A DNA stretch of 64,000 nt from an uncultured Acidimicrobiaceae bacterium (GCA_963804265.1 CAWDPZ010000005.1:6799-70798), one strand, 5' to 3'. Counted from the first letter of the stretch, positions 30,246-40,183 are shown. The notes: a model not told the origin generated them from the letters alone. Translations and numbers: made by a program.

Positions 30246-30332
30246 GGCCCGCCGCAAGAGGCCGGCCCGCCGCAAGAGGCCGGCCCGCCGCAAGAGGCCG
30301 GCCCCCTGCAAGAGGCCGGCCCCCTGCAAGAG
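30246..30332. repeat. 18-bp tandem repeat array: about 3 copies of GCCGGCCCGCCGCAAGAG, then 2 copies of GCCGGCCCCCTGCAAGAG
   Basis: Exact units lie at 30261-30278, 30279-30296, 30297-30314 and 30315-30332, with a partial unit at 30246-30260. The array ends 1 nt before the AAAGGA RBS of the dienelactone hydrolase gene. Confidence 0.9.
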
Positions 30333-30342
30333 AAAGGACGTC

Positions 30343-31086
30343 ATGTTCCCGAGCCTGACCGCCGAAGAGATCCGCTTTCAGGGCCACGGCGGCGACGAGA
30401 TCGCCGGCTACCTGGCCCGTCCCGGCGGGAGGGGGCCCTTCCCGGGCGTGGCGGTGCTCCACCACATGACTGGTCTCGACGAGGCGACGCTCGAGATCGT
30501 GAACAGGTTCGCAGCCCATGGATACGTCTCGGTGGCGCCGAGCCTGCACTTCCGGGAAGGGGCGGAGGCGGCACCCGACGATGCCGCCGCCGCGAGCAGG
30601 GCCGCCGGGGGGGTGCCGGACGCCCGCATGCTCGGCGACCTCGACGGGGCCGTCCGCCACCTGCGGTCGCTCTCCGAGTGCAGCGGCAAGGTCGGAGTGA
30701 TCGGCTACTGCTCGGGCGGGCGCCAGGCGTTCCTCGCCGCCTGTTCGCTCGCCATCGACGCGGCGGCGGACTGCTACGGCTCCTTCGTCAACACGACGCC
30801 TCCGAGCACGACGCCGCTCACCTACCTCCCTGTTCTCGATCGGGCCGCCGAGATGCGCTGTCCCCTGCTCGGCATCTTTGGCGGGGAGGATCCCAACCCC
30901 TCGCCCGAGCACGCCACGGAGATCTCCGAGGAGCTCCAGCGCCTCGGCAAGGTGCACGAGTTCCACGTCTACCCGGACGCGGGGCACGGCTTTTTCGACA
31001 CGTCCTCGGTGCGCTACAGCCCGGCGGCGGCGAGGGACGGATGGGAGAAGGTGTTCGGCTTCTTCGGGAGGTACCTCACCGGCTGA
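30343..31086 (+). CDS. Dienelactone hydrolase family protein
   Basis: Intact 247-aa ORF (PGVAVLHHMTGLDE...KVGVIGYCSGGRQA...HVYPDAGHGFF). Confidence 0.85.
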   Translation: MFPSLTAEEIRFQGHGGDEIAGYLARPGGRGPFPGVAVLHHMTGLDEATLEIVNRFAAHGYVSVAPSLHFREGAEAAPDDAAAASRAAGGVPDARMLGDLDGAVRHLRSLSECSGKVGVIGYCSGGRQAFLAACSLAIDAAADCYGSFVNTTPPSTTPLTYLPVLDRAAEMRCPLLGIFGGEDPNPSPEHATEISEELQRLGKVHEFHVYPDAGHGFFDTSSVRYSPAAARDGWEKVFGFFGRYLTG

Positions 31087-31199
31087 GGACTCGATCCGCG
31101 CCCGCCGGCGTGGCACACTGGCGCCACATTGGAATCAGGTACCGCTAAGCGGGACAGTCTTCCTGCCCGCGGCGCGGTCGCGTTCGAAAGGACAGGTCG

Positions 31200-31607
31200 A
31201 TGACGGCACCGACGCGTCGTGAGTTCCGGGTCAGCTCGCTGTTCGAGCCCATCAGTCATTACACCGACGCCGTCGCGCTCGGTGACCTCCTGTTCGTCTC
31301 CGGCTGCGCCGCGACCGATGAGTCCGGCGGCATCGTCGGCGGGGACGACGCCGCGGCCCAGGCACGCCAGGCGCTCGCCAACCTCGTGAGCGTCCTCGAG
31401 GCGGCCGGCTCGAGCATCCGCGAGGTGCTGAAGATGACGGTGTTCCTGACCGACATCAACGACCGGGAGAAGATCAACCCCGTGCGCCAGGAGTTCTTCG
31501 GCGACGTCCGCCCCGCGAGCACCCTCGTCGAGATCTCCCGCCTCGCCATTCCGGGCGCCAGGGTCGAGATCGAGCTCGTCGCCCGCATCCCGGGCGGGAC
31601 CGCGTAA
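31200..31607 (+). CDS. RidA/YjgF/TdcF-family protein
   Basis: Intact 135-aa ORF (YTDAVALGDLLFVSGCAA...AQARQALANLVSVLEAAGSSIREVLKMTVFLTD...PASTLVEISRLAIPGARVEIELVA). Confidence 0.9.
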   Translation: MTAPTRREFRVSSLFEPISHYTDAVALGDLLFVSGCAATDESGGIVGGDDAAAQARQALANLVSVLEAAGSSIREVLKMTVFLTDINDREKINPVRQEFFGDVRPASTLVEISRLAIPGARVEIELVARIPGGTA

Positions 31608-31660
31608 TCGCCCCAGGCCGAAATTCTCAGGAGAAAAGGCAGCAATACGACTGCCAACTC

Positions 31661-31688
31661 TTGACGTTGCGGGCGCCGATGATAAACT
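31661..31688 (+). promoter_or_regulatory. Promoter candidate TTGACG-N16-TAAACT
   Basis: Read directly in a lower-GC 180-bp gap, about 105 nt upstream of the FAH-family gene start. Confidence 0.35.
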
Positions 31689-31791
31689 GGAACACGGTTC
31701 CGCTGAGAGTGGCAACCAAGACGACGGGCAAATTGCCGCCTGGGTGCTGCTCGGATGGGCCGCGCTCTTTCGGCGAACAAGAGGGGGGATT

Positions 31792-32790
31792 ATGCGACTC
31801 GGCACGGTGCGTATTCGTGGGACGGCCGCGCGACCGGTCGGCCTGGTGGACGATCGGGTCATCGACATCGCCGAGGCGGCGTTCGACCTCGGCTTGATCG
31901 AGGGGCCGTACTCGGCACCCCACCCACGGACGCTCGTCGAGCTGTTCGACCTCGGCCGCTACGGCGACGCCCTGCTGGCCGACCTCGAAAAAGCCGTGCA
32001 CGACCACGGCGATCTCGCCAGTGCTCCCTGGGCATTCGGCCTCGACGAGGTCGCGTTCCTCGCGCCCGTGCCGCGGCCGGGCAAGGTCGTCTGCGTCGGT
32101 GGAAACAAGGAGAATCCCGGCGACCCCCTCGACGCCTCCATGCAGGACGAGTGGCCGAGGCCGATCTACTTCGAGAAGGCTCCGTCGGCTGTCACCGGAC
32201 ACGGCGCCACGGTCGAGGCGTGGGGTGTGATGCGCCCCGTGCAGGTCGAGGGCGAGATCTGCCTCATCATCGGAAAGCGCGGCCGGCACCTCAAGGCGGC
32301 GGACGCCATGTCGGTAGTCGCCGGCTGCGCCCTTTTGAACGACATGTCCGCCGGGCGCTTCGGCCTGCAGGACGGCATGGCGATCTACATCTCCAAAGGT
32401 GTCGGCAACCCCAAGGAGGAGATGATCACCCGCTCGATGACGCGGGCGAAGATCCCCGACGGCATGTGCCCGATCGGGCCATGGCTGGTGCCGATCGCCG
32501 ACCTCGGTGTCCCCTTCGAGGACCTCGTGGTCACGACCCAGGTCGGGCCGAACATCGTTCAGGAAGGCTCTGTGGGCAGCTACGGCTTCAGCGCCGGCCG
32601 CTGCCTCGAGGAGATCTCGAAGTGGATCACCCTTGAGCCCGGGGACGTCGTCTCGCTCGGAGCCTTTGCCCAGAAGCCCGACCACCCGCTTCGGTTCACC
32701 GACGCGGCGTCGGAGGGGAACCAGAAGGTCGTGGTGTCCTGCCCGCAGCTCGGCGAGCTCGTGACGTACGTCACGCTCGTCGACGCCTGA
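31792..32790 (+). CDS. Fumarylacetoacetate hydrolase (FAH) family protein (second copy)
   Basis: ATG at 31792 follows a G-rich RBS. The sequence reads MRLGTVRIRGTAARPVGLVDD...GKVVCVGGN...VEGEICLIIGKRG...NDMSA...GDVVSLG. Confidence 0.85.
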   Translation: MRLGTVRIRGTAARPVGLVDDRVIDIAEAAFDLGLIEGPYSAPHPRTLVELFDLGRYGDALLADLEKAVHDHGDLASAPWAFGLDEVAFLAPVPRPGKVVCVGGNKENPGDPLDASMQDEWPRPIYFEKAPSAVTGHGATVEAWGVMRPVQVEGEICLIIGKRGRHLKAADAMSVVAGCALLNDMSAGRFGLQDGMAIYISKGVGNPKEEMITRSMTRAKIPDGMCPIGPWLVPIADLGVPFEDLVVTTQVGPNIVQEGSVGSYGFSAGRCLEEISKWITLEPGDVVSLGAFAQKPDHPLRFTDAASEGNQKVVVSCPQLGELVTYVTLVDA

Positions 32791-32888
32791 TTCTTCGAAA
32801 TTCCACGCCGCACGCGAAGAGCCCGGCGCTTCGTCCGGGGGCTTGTCGTGCGGCACCGTTGCTGTATCTCAAAGGGGGGTAAGAGAGC

Positions 32889-34685
32889 ATGACGAAACGA
32901 CAGGAAAACGAGACGGAGCGTTCCGCCTTCACCTTCATGCAGAGGCCGGTCACGCGCCGGGGTTTCCTGGCCGGAGGTGCGGCGACGGGAGGGATGCTGG
33001 CGGCGCACCCACTCCTCACGAGGAGCGAGGCACTGCTGCGCGACGGCGTCGCCGCCTCGACGCGCTCGGCGGGCGGGATCAAGGTACTGACGGCGGTCAC
33101 GTCGTCGGTGGCGAGCGGCTTCGACCGGGACGGGCCCAACACCGACCCTGGATTCGGTGAGGCGAACTACAATTGCTTCTACCCGCTCATCCATTACCCG
33201 CAGCCGCTCTCGAACGGCGCCTACGTGCCGAACTTCTCCGCCAAGGCGAACCAGTTCGTCCCGGTGCTGGCCGAGTCGTGGCAGAGCGAAGGCCCACTGC
33301 GGTGGGTCATGAAGCTGCGCAAGGGTGTCTACAGCGCCGCCGGCAACGAGTTCAACTCTGAAGACGTCGTGTACACCTTCGCGCGGGCGAAGTCGATCAG
33401 CGGCAGCGCCTCGAACTCGTGGTTCCTGTCCAATGTGGCCGGGATCCTCTCCTTCGCGCCGGTGCTGCCCGGTGCGAAGCCGTCCGACAAGAAGCTGCAC
33501 GGCGAGGTCGTTGCCCTGGACCGCTACACGGTGCAGTTCAACCTGTTCGAGCCGAGCGGGCTCTTCTTCTTCATGGCCTTGACCGACATCAACCTCTCCC
33601 CGTTCGACTCGGTCGAGATGAAGAAGCACGCCACCGCCGCCGACCCCTGGTCGCACACCTGGGGCAACGCCAACGCCGCCGGCTACGGGCCCTATCACGT
33701 CACCTCCTGGAACCCGGGGGTCGAGCTCATCTACCAGGCGACCCCGAACTGGTTCCAGGGCAAGCCCGAGTACGGGACGGTCGTGACGACGGCCGTGGCC
33801 GAGGGCGGGAGCCGCCTCGCCGCCCTCGAGGCGGGGGACGCCCAGATCGCCAGCTACCTCGAGCCGCCCGAGCTCGCGAAGCTGAAGACCAACTCGAGCG
33901 TGAGCCTGATCGGTGCCTACACGAACCAGATCAACTTCATGTGCCTGAGCTACAACTACGCGCCTTGGAATCTGCCGAAGAACCAGCTGCTCCGTCAGGC
34001 AGTCGCCTACTCGATCCCTTACGACGACATCGTGAAGCTGAACTACCTCGGCTTCGGCCGGCGCATGTACAGCCAGGTACCGTCGAGCTTCGCCGGCTAC
34101 AAGCAGATCAAGACCTACTCGACGAACCTGTCGAAGGCGCGGTCGTTGCTCGCCCAGGCCGGTTTCCCGGGCGGTTCGGGGCTTTCCCAGTACAGCTCGG
34201 GCCTGCAGATGTACTTCGTCAGCGAGCGGTCGACGCTTCTCGAGCCGATAGCCAACCAGATCCGCACCAACCTGGCGTCCATCGGCATCAACGTCACCCT
34301 CCAGCCGCTGCCGCAGGCGGAATTCGCCACCAAACAACTGCAGACGCACGACCTGCCGATGTCCATCTTCGACTTCTCGTCGCCGTCGGTCCCGGACGCG
34401 GGCTTCGTGTGCCAGCTGCTCTACCAGTCGCAGAAGGCGGGCGGCCTGGTCGACCCGACGAATTTCGCCAACGCGAACTTCGACAAGCTGTCGGGAGAGG
34501 CGAAGAGCGCCACCGGAGCCAAGCGGACCGCGCTGCTCCACGAGATGCAGGACATCTTGATGTCCCAGCTGCCCACCATCCCGCTCGTCGAGGCGCTGCC
34601 CATCGAGGCCATGCGCAAGCCGGTCACAGGCTGGTTCGTGCCGACCGAGGCGACCGTACCGCTCTACGCCTACGTCAAGTCCTGA
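32889..34685 (+). CDS. ABC transporter substrate-binding protein, family 5 (peptide/nickel type), Tat-type signal
   Basis: Intact 598-aa ORF with a twin-arginine leader (VTRRGFLAGGAATGGMLAA). The body is typical of family 5 binding proteins. No permease or ATPase gene is directly adjacent. Confidence 0.9.
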   Translation: MTKRQENETERSAFTFMQRPVTRRGFLAGGAATGGMLAAHPLLTRSEALLRDGVAASTRSAGGIKVLTAVTSSVASGFDRDGPNTDPGFGEANYNCFYPLIHYPQPLSNGAYVPNFSAKANQFVPVLAESWQSEGPLRWVMKLRKGVYSAAGNEFNSEDVVYTFARAKSISGSASNSWFLSNVAGILSFAPVLPGAKPSDKKLHGEVVALDRYTVQFNLFEPSGLFFFMALTDINLSPFDSVEMKKHATAADPWSHTWGNANAAGYGPYHVTSWNPGVELIYQATPNWFQGKPEYGTVVTTAVAEGGSRLAALEAGDAQIASYLEPPELAKLKTNSSVSLIGAYTNQINFMCLSYNYAPWNLPKNQLLRQAVAYSIPYDDIVKLNYLGFGRRMYSQVPSSFAGYKQIKTYSTNLSKARSLLAQAGFPGGSGLSQYSSGLQMYFVSERSTLLEPIANQIRTNLASIGINVTLQPLPQAEFATKQLQTHDLPMSIFDFSSPSVPDAGFVCQLLYQSQKAGGLVDPTNFANANFDKLSGEAKSATGAKRTALLHEMQDILMSQLPTIPLVEALPIEAMRKPVTGWFVPTEATVPLYAYVKS

Positions 34686-34702
34686 CAGGGTCCTGTCTCT
34701 GC

Positions 34703-34730
34703 GCCCGGCGATCAGCGTCGATCGCCGGGC
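34703..34730 (+). terminator. GC-rich hairpin GCCCGGCGAT-N8-ATCGCCGGGC after the binding-protein gene
   Basis: 10-bp perfect inverted repeat, read directly. It is preceded by a smaller GACAGG/CCTGTC hairpin (34684-34697). There is no T tract. Confidence 0.4.
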
Positions 34731-34790
34731 GACAGGACGCCGGGCGAAGGGCACCGGCGCCGGATCGGGCGCCGTGATGCAGGCGGCCGA

Positions 34791-35489
34791 GTGATGAGCA
34801 CCGAGGAGGATGATGGCCGGGGAACAAGTGCGCTAGCGCCTACCAGGCAGACCGGGAGGCGCTCGTCGAAGCCGTTCGGGCGCTGTTCACAAACGGGGTC
34901 ATGTCGAGCACTGGGCACGGGGACGTCTCCCACAGGATCGACGGGGAGCACATGCTCCTCACCGTCCCCGGGCGTCTGCGTACCTTGCAGGCGGACGACC
35001 TGGCGGTGGTCGCCCTCGACGGTCAGGTCGTCGAAGGAGAGATCGACTCGCTGAAGGCGGAGATCGCCGACCTGCATTCGGAGATCTACCGCCTGCGTGA
35101 GGACATCAGGGTCATCATCCACACCCATTCGCCGAGCGTCCTCGCCTTCGCCATGGCCAATCGCGTCCTGCCCTGCCGCTACGAGGCGATGAGGTTCGGC
35201 CAGCCCTCGGAGGTCCCCGTGGTGCCATGGGCGCGCCGCGGGACTCCGGCATGGATCTCGGGCATCGTCGCGGTGCTCGCCGAGCACCCGTCCACCCACG
35301 CCCTGATCCTCGGCAATCACGGGGTTCTCGTGTTCGGCGCCGACCTTGCCGCGGACAGTCACGCTGTCGACTGTCCTCGAGGAGGCGGCCGCGGGCGAGC
35401 TCGGGGCTGACCGGCTCGGAGGTGCCGTGGCGATACCGCTCGGTGCCGCGGCTCCGGCCCCCGGGGGATCTCACGGGGCAAAGCCGTGA
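34791..35489 (+). pseudogene. Class II aldolase/adducin-domain protein, about 2 frame disruptions
   Basis: The core is EALVEAVRALFTNGVMSSTGHGDVSHRIDGEHMLLT...VIIHTHSPSVLAFA...GNHGVLVFGADL. The N-terminus has no in-frame start, which implies a shift near 34830-34860. A C-terminal shift near 35350 leads to VTLSTVLEEAAAGELGADRLGG...SHGAKP, ending at TGA 35487-35489. Confidence 0.7.
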
Positions 35490-35866
35490 CCGAAGAGCTG
35501 GCCGAGCAGATCCGGGCGCTGTACACGGGCCGCGGCGTGCCGGTGCCGGCAGCCATCGAGGGCCGGATCGAGGTGGCGAGCCGAGTGGGCCGCTTGGAGG
35601 CGCTCGAGGCCGTGGAGCTGGTCAAACGGCGACTTGTTGCCGGCAACACCCTCGGACGAAAGCTCGTGCAGCTGATCCAGTTCTCGCAGCTTCTCGGCAT
35701 CGGCCATCAGCAGACCGCCAGCCTGCACGCTCGCGCCGCGATGAAAGAAGGAGCGACCGTCGAGGAGCTGGCGGCGGTCGCCGAACTCGCCCTGATCACG
35801 GGCGGCCTTCCCGCCTACGTGATGGGCATGGACATCCTCGCCGGGATCTTCGCTGAGGAGAAGTGA
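35486..35866 (+). CDS. Carboxymuconolactone decarboxylase (AhpD-like) family protein
   Basis: 126-aa ORF with a GTGA overlap onto the aldolase stop. The CMD-like core is KLVQLIQFSQLLGIGHQQTASLHARAAMKEGATVEELAAVAELALITGG. Confidence 0.7.
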   Translation: MTEELAEQIRALYTGRGVPVPAAIEGRIEVASRVGRLEALEAVELVKRRLVAGNTLGRKLVQLIQFSQLLGIGHQQTASLHARAAMKEGATVEELAAVAELALITGGLPAYVMGMDILAGIFAEEK

Positions 35867-35933
35867 AGCTGCCGCGCGACGGTGACCGTGCGCGGCTGCG
35901 ACTGACGATCGATGCAACTTCGACGGGAGGAAC

Positions 35934-36335
35934 ATGACGACCGAATTCATCAACCCCCCGGACATGTGGAATTCGGGGCCACGCGGATACAGCCACGTCG
36001 TGAAGGTCAGCCAGCCGGGGACGATGTACTTCGTCGCGGGGGTCGCGGCCGTGGACAAGGACCTGAAGGTGCAGCACGTCGACGACATCGAGGGCCAGAC
36101 GAGGCTCGTCTTTGAGAACATCAAGAAGGACCTGGAAGCCTCAGGGGCGACCCTGGCCGATATCGTCAAGATGACCGTTTACCTCAGAGACAAGGACCAT
36201 CAATGGCCGGTCCGCAACGTCCGCAGCGAGTTCTTCGAGCAGGGCCGGTTCCCTGTGTCGACGATGATCGAGGTGAAGGACTTCTGCGTCGAGGGGATGC
36301 TCATCGAGGTCGACGCCATCGCCATCACCCCCTAG
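35934..36335 (+). CDS. RidA/YjgF-family protein (second copy)
   Basis: Intact 133-aa ORF (GYSHVVKVSQPGTMYFVAGVAAVD...GQTRLVFENIKKDLEASGATLADIVKMTVYLRD...STMIEVKDFCVEGMLIEVDAIA). Confidence 0.9.
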   Translation: MTTEFINPPDMWNSGPRGYSHVVKVSQPGTMYFVAGVAAVDKDLKVQHVDDIEGQTRLVFENIKKDLEASGATLADIVKMTVYLRDKDHQWPVRNVRSEFFEQGRFPVSTMIEVKDFCVEGMLIEVDAIAITP

Positions 36336-36365
36336 CGCCTGACCGGACGAGCTGACCGGTCGCTC

Positions 36366-37884
36366 GTGCGCCGGCAGCTCAGACCGATCGGGTCGAGGCC
36401 CCGTGCCGGCTCAGGACTCGGCGGCGGCCCGGGCCGCGACGATGGCGGCCTGAGCTCGCTCTCGAGCGGCCGGCGGATCGGAGTTCTGGCGATCTGCTGC
36501 CTGAGCCTGTTCATAATCCAGCTCGACATCACGATCGTCAACGTGGCGCTCCCGTCCATCGGCAGGGAGCTCCACGCCTCGGTGTCGGGCCTGCAGTGGA
36601 CGATCGACGCCTACACCCTTGTGATCGCGAGCCTTTTGATCCTCGCCGGATCAACGGCCGACAGGATCGGCAGGCGGAAGGTCTTCAGGATCGGACTGTG
36701 GGTGTTCACTCTCGGCTCGGCAGCCTGCAGCCTCGCGCCGAGCCTCGCCTGGCTGGTCGTCTTCCGGATAGTCCAGGCCATCGGCGGGTCGATGCTCAAT
36801 CCTGTCGCGATGTCGATCATCCGCAACACCTTCGACGACCCGCGAGAAAGGGCGCAGGCAATCGGCATCTGGGGCGCCGTGACCGGGCTCGGGATGGCGA
36901 TCGGCCCGGTGCTCGGTGGCGCGCTCGTGCAGAGCGTCGGCTGGCGGTCCATCTTCTGGGTGAACATCCCCGTGGGGCTCGCCGCGGTGATGCTCACGAC
37001 GCTGTTCGTGCCGGAGTCGAAGGCACCGGCTGGACGGCGCACGGATCCTCTGGGCCAGGTGCTCGTGACGGTGATGCTCGCCAGCCTCACCTACGGGATC
37101 ATCGAGGGCCCGGAGCGCCGATGGAGCTCGCCCGAGATCCGCAGCCTCTTCGCCTTGTCCCTTGTCGGTGTCGTCGCCTTCGTCGCCTGGGAGAAAAGAC
37201 GACGCCAGCCATTGGTCGAGATGCGCTTCTTCCGCAGCGTGCCCTTCACGGCCGCGACCGTGATCGCGGTGGTGTCGTTCGTCGCCTTCGGAGGGTTCCT
37301 CTTCTTGAACACGTTGTACCTGCAAGAGGTCAGGGGACTGTCGGCACTCCGGACCGGGCTTGACACCTTGCCGATGGCCGCCGCCATGGCGGTCATGTCG
37401 TCGATCTCCGGGCGCCTGGTCGGGCGCCTCGGCACGAGACCCTCGCTCGTCTTCGCCGGAACCTGCATGGCCGCCGCGACCCTGCTGCTGACAGGGCTGT
37501 CGCCCACGACGTCGTTCGCCCAGCTGTTCCTCGCCTATGTGATCTTCGGCGCAGGATTCGGGGCGGTCAACGCGCCGATCACGAACACGGCGGTATCGGG
37601 GATGCCGGCCAGCCAGGCGGGCGTAGCGGCCGCGCTCGCGTCGACGAGCCGCCAGATCGGCGCCACGCTCGGTGTCGCCATTGTCGGCTCGGCCGCAGCC
37701 GCGGGCCTTGCCCACGGGGTGGTGACGAGGCATTTCGCCGAAGCCACCCACGTCTGCTGGTGGATCCTCACCGGATGCGGTGACGCCGTCCTTGCTGCTC
37801 GGCTTGTTCAGCACAACGGGATGGGCGCTGGAGACCGCGGCACGCGCCGCGGCGCGGCTGGAGGTCGCGGGGCCCTCGAGGTGA
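36366..37884 (+). pseudogene. MFS transporter, DHA2/EmrB-like (14-TMS type), C-terminal frame disruption
   Basis: FIIQLDITIVNVALPSIGREL...LAGSTADRIGRRKVF...RIVQAIGGSMLNPVAMS. After WWILTGCG (near 37785) the plausible continuation VTPSLLLGLFSTTGWALETAARAAARLEVAGPSR lies in another frame and ends at TGA 37882-37884. The uninterrupted ORF-track version ends at 37910. Confidence 0.8.
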
Positions 37885-38164
37885 GGCGGAGGCTCTGGCG
37901 ATGTCCTTGACGGTCGATCTCCGAGGTCCCAGATTCCCGAGACTTCCGCCGATTTCGACGCGTCCCTCGTCCCGCCGTCTCGCCCCTGTTGCGCAAAGCG
38001 GCAATGGCGCACAATCGTGGCTCTCCCGTCGATGCGGAGGCTGATGGGTGCGCAAAGGCGCGCAGTAGTTCAGTGGAGGAACGGTGGCCGTGCGAGGATG
38101 GGCTCGATCAGCCGAGGGCGGTCAGACCCCCTCGCGGTAGGTACCACCGGAGAAGGAGCGAGAT

Positions 38165-39132
38165 GTGACTGCAGCACCGACACGCTGGGGGACTGATCGG
38201 CACGGGGCTGATCGCGGATTGGTTCGCCAAGGACTTGACGGTGACCGACACGGGCCGGGCGGTCGCCGTCGGATCCCGCAGCCAGCAGGCGGCCGACCGG
38301 TTCGCCGACAAGTTCGGCATCCCGAACCGCCATGCCTCCTACGAGGCTCTCGTGTCCGACCCGGAGGTGGACGTCGTCTACGTGGCGACACCCCATCCGA
38401 TGCACCACGCCAATACGCTGCTCGCGCTCGATGCGGGCAAGCCGGTCCTCGTCGAGAAGGCCTTCACGATGACCGCCGCCGAGGCTCGGGAGCTGGTCGC
38501 CAGTGCTCGCTCGAAAGGGCTGTTCCTCATGGAGGCGATGTGGACGCGCTTCCTGCCTCACATAGCCGAGGTCAATCGACTTGTCGCTGAAGGAGCGCTC
38601 GGCGAGATCGTCACTCGTCACCGCCGATCACGGCCAGTGGTTCGTCAAGGATCCCGCCTTCCGCCTCTTCGCGCCCGAGCTCGGCGGGGGAGCGGTCCTC
38701 GACCTCGGCGTCTACCCGATCTCGTTCGCGTCGATGGTGCTCGGCAAGCCGGAGCGGATCGTGTCCATGATCACCCCGGCCTTCACCGGCGTCGACGCTC
38801 AGACCTCGATGATCTTCGGCTACGCCAGCGGCGCCCAGGCGTACTTGAACTGCACGTCCTACGCCAGGACTCCGACCACGGCGGTGATCTCCGGTACTGA
38901 GGCCCGCATCGAGATCGACGGCTTCTTCTACGCACCCGCTCCGTTCGCGCTCGTCAGCCGCGACGGGGCCTCGACCCGCTTCGATGTCCCCTACGAAGGA
39001 AAGGGCCTGCATTACGAGGCCGACGAGGTGGCCCGATGCCTCCGCGCCGGACTGCTCGAGAGCCCGCTGATGCCCCTGGACGAGACCATCGAGATCATGG
39101 AGACCATGGAAACGGTGCTGGCCCAGGCGTAG
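38165..39132 (+). pseudogene. Gfo/Idh/MocA-family oxidoreductase, two frame disruptions
   Basis: MTAAPTRWG should continue as LIGTGLIADWFAKDLTVTDTGRAVAVGSRS. Removing one base at the G5 run 38187-38191 (or the A at 38192) restores it. The second shift, near 38605, leads into 38581..39132 (ADHGQWFVKDP...GGGAVLDLGVYPISF...). Confidence 0.8.
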
Positions 39133-39213
39133 TCGGATACCCGGTGCGGCTCCGAGCTCGACGAATAGGCTCGCCCTCGGCCGGCGAGGCTGAGCACGGA
39201 GGAGTTGGGAATC

Positions 39214-39989
39214 ATGAGCGCAACAGGCGGCGATCTCGGCAGCGTGGATCTCAGTGGCCGCCGGGCCCTTGTGACCGGAGGCGCCAGCGGCATCGGTCTC
39301 GCCTGTGCCCGGCGGTTGGCAACGGCGGGGGCGGCGGTCACCGTCGCCGACCGCGACGCAGAGGCCACCGCCGCCGTAGCTGCTGCAGATCGGCGCCGAG
39401 TCCTGGATCGTGGATCTCGCCGAGACTTCTGCGCTCGCCGGGCGCGGAGCTCGACTTCGACATCCTCGTGAACAACGCCGGCTTCCAGCACGTCGCCCCG
39501 ATCGTGGAGTTCCCGCCCGAGGTCTTCGCCACGATGCTGAAGGTCATGCTGGAAGCGCCCTTTCTCCTCATCCGTGCCGTCCTGCCCGGGATGTACCGGA
39601 GAGGGTTCGGCCGGATCGTCAACATCTCGAGCGTGCACGGCCTGCGGGCCTCGGCGTTCAAGTCGGCCTACGTGGCCGCCAAGCACGGCCTGGAAGGGCT
39701 TTCCAAGGTCGTCGCATTGGAAGCGGCAGAGCACGGCGTCACCTCGACGACGATCTGTCCGGGCTACGTCCGCACGCCGCTCGTCGAGCACCAGATCGAG
39801 GCGCAGGCCCTCGCGCACGGCATCTTGGCGGACGAGGTCCTCGAACAGGTGCTGCTGAAGGAGTCAGCCATCAAACGCCTCATCGAACCTGAGGAGGTGG
39901 CCGAGCTCGTGGCTTTCCTGTGCGGGCCGGCGGCGTCGTTCGCGACCGGGGCCCCGTTCGTGCTCGACGGGGGCTGGACCGCCCGATGA
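39214..39989 (+). pseudogene. Short-chain dehydrogenase/reductase (3-hydroxybutyrate dehydrogenase-like), two frame disruptions
   Basis: ATG at 39214 follows GGAGGAG. LSGRRALVTGGASGIGLACARRLATAGAAVTVADRD shifts near 39375 and 39445, then continues DILVNNAGFQHVAPIVEF...NISSVHGLRASAFKSAYVAAKHGLEGLSK... Confidence 0.8.
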
Positions 39990-40038
39990 CAGGCGCCCAC
40001 ACGTCCCGGGGCCACGTCACGGCGAGCCCGGGACCCGA

Positions 40039-40054
40039 TTGCGGCGCCGCAATG
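40039..40054. other. 16-bp perfect palindrome ATTGCGGCGCCGCAAT
   Basis: Read directly. It lies 50 nt downstream of the SDR stop in a 390-bp intergenic gap. Confidence 0.5.
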
Positions 40055-40183
40055 GAGCCTGCCGCGACGTCGTGCCAGAGGCTCGAAAGCCGCCTGCTGA
40101 TCGGCAACGGGGCGGAAGCCCTTCTCCCGTCTGGGATTGGTACCCGCACACCCCGGCAATGAGGCCGAAGCGTGCATCGTCCT

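Noticed and set aside
29056-30332. Possible CRISPR array, suggested by the regularly spaced short repeats on both sides of the oxidoreductase gene.
   Set aside because: The units are head-to-tail with no unique spacers, are only 15-22 bp long, and no cas genes are present. These are minisatellites, not CRISPR.
29142-30344. The 400-aa ORF-track version of the oxidoreductase, with an N-terminal LLQGAG/LLRRAG hexapeptide-repeat extension.
   Set aside because: A GTG at 30115 with a perfect AAGGAG RBS starts the canonical MDR N-terminus (VKAVVVSRPGGPEVLEIREV...). The extension is merely the 18-bp intergenic repeat read in frame, and part of it is in a different frame from the true N-terminus.
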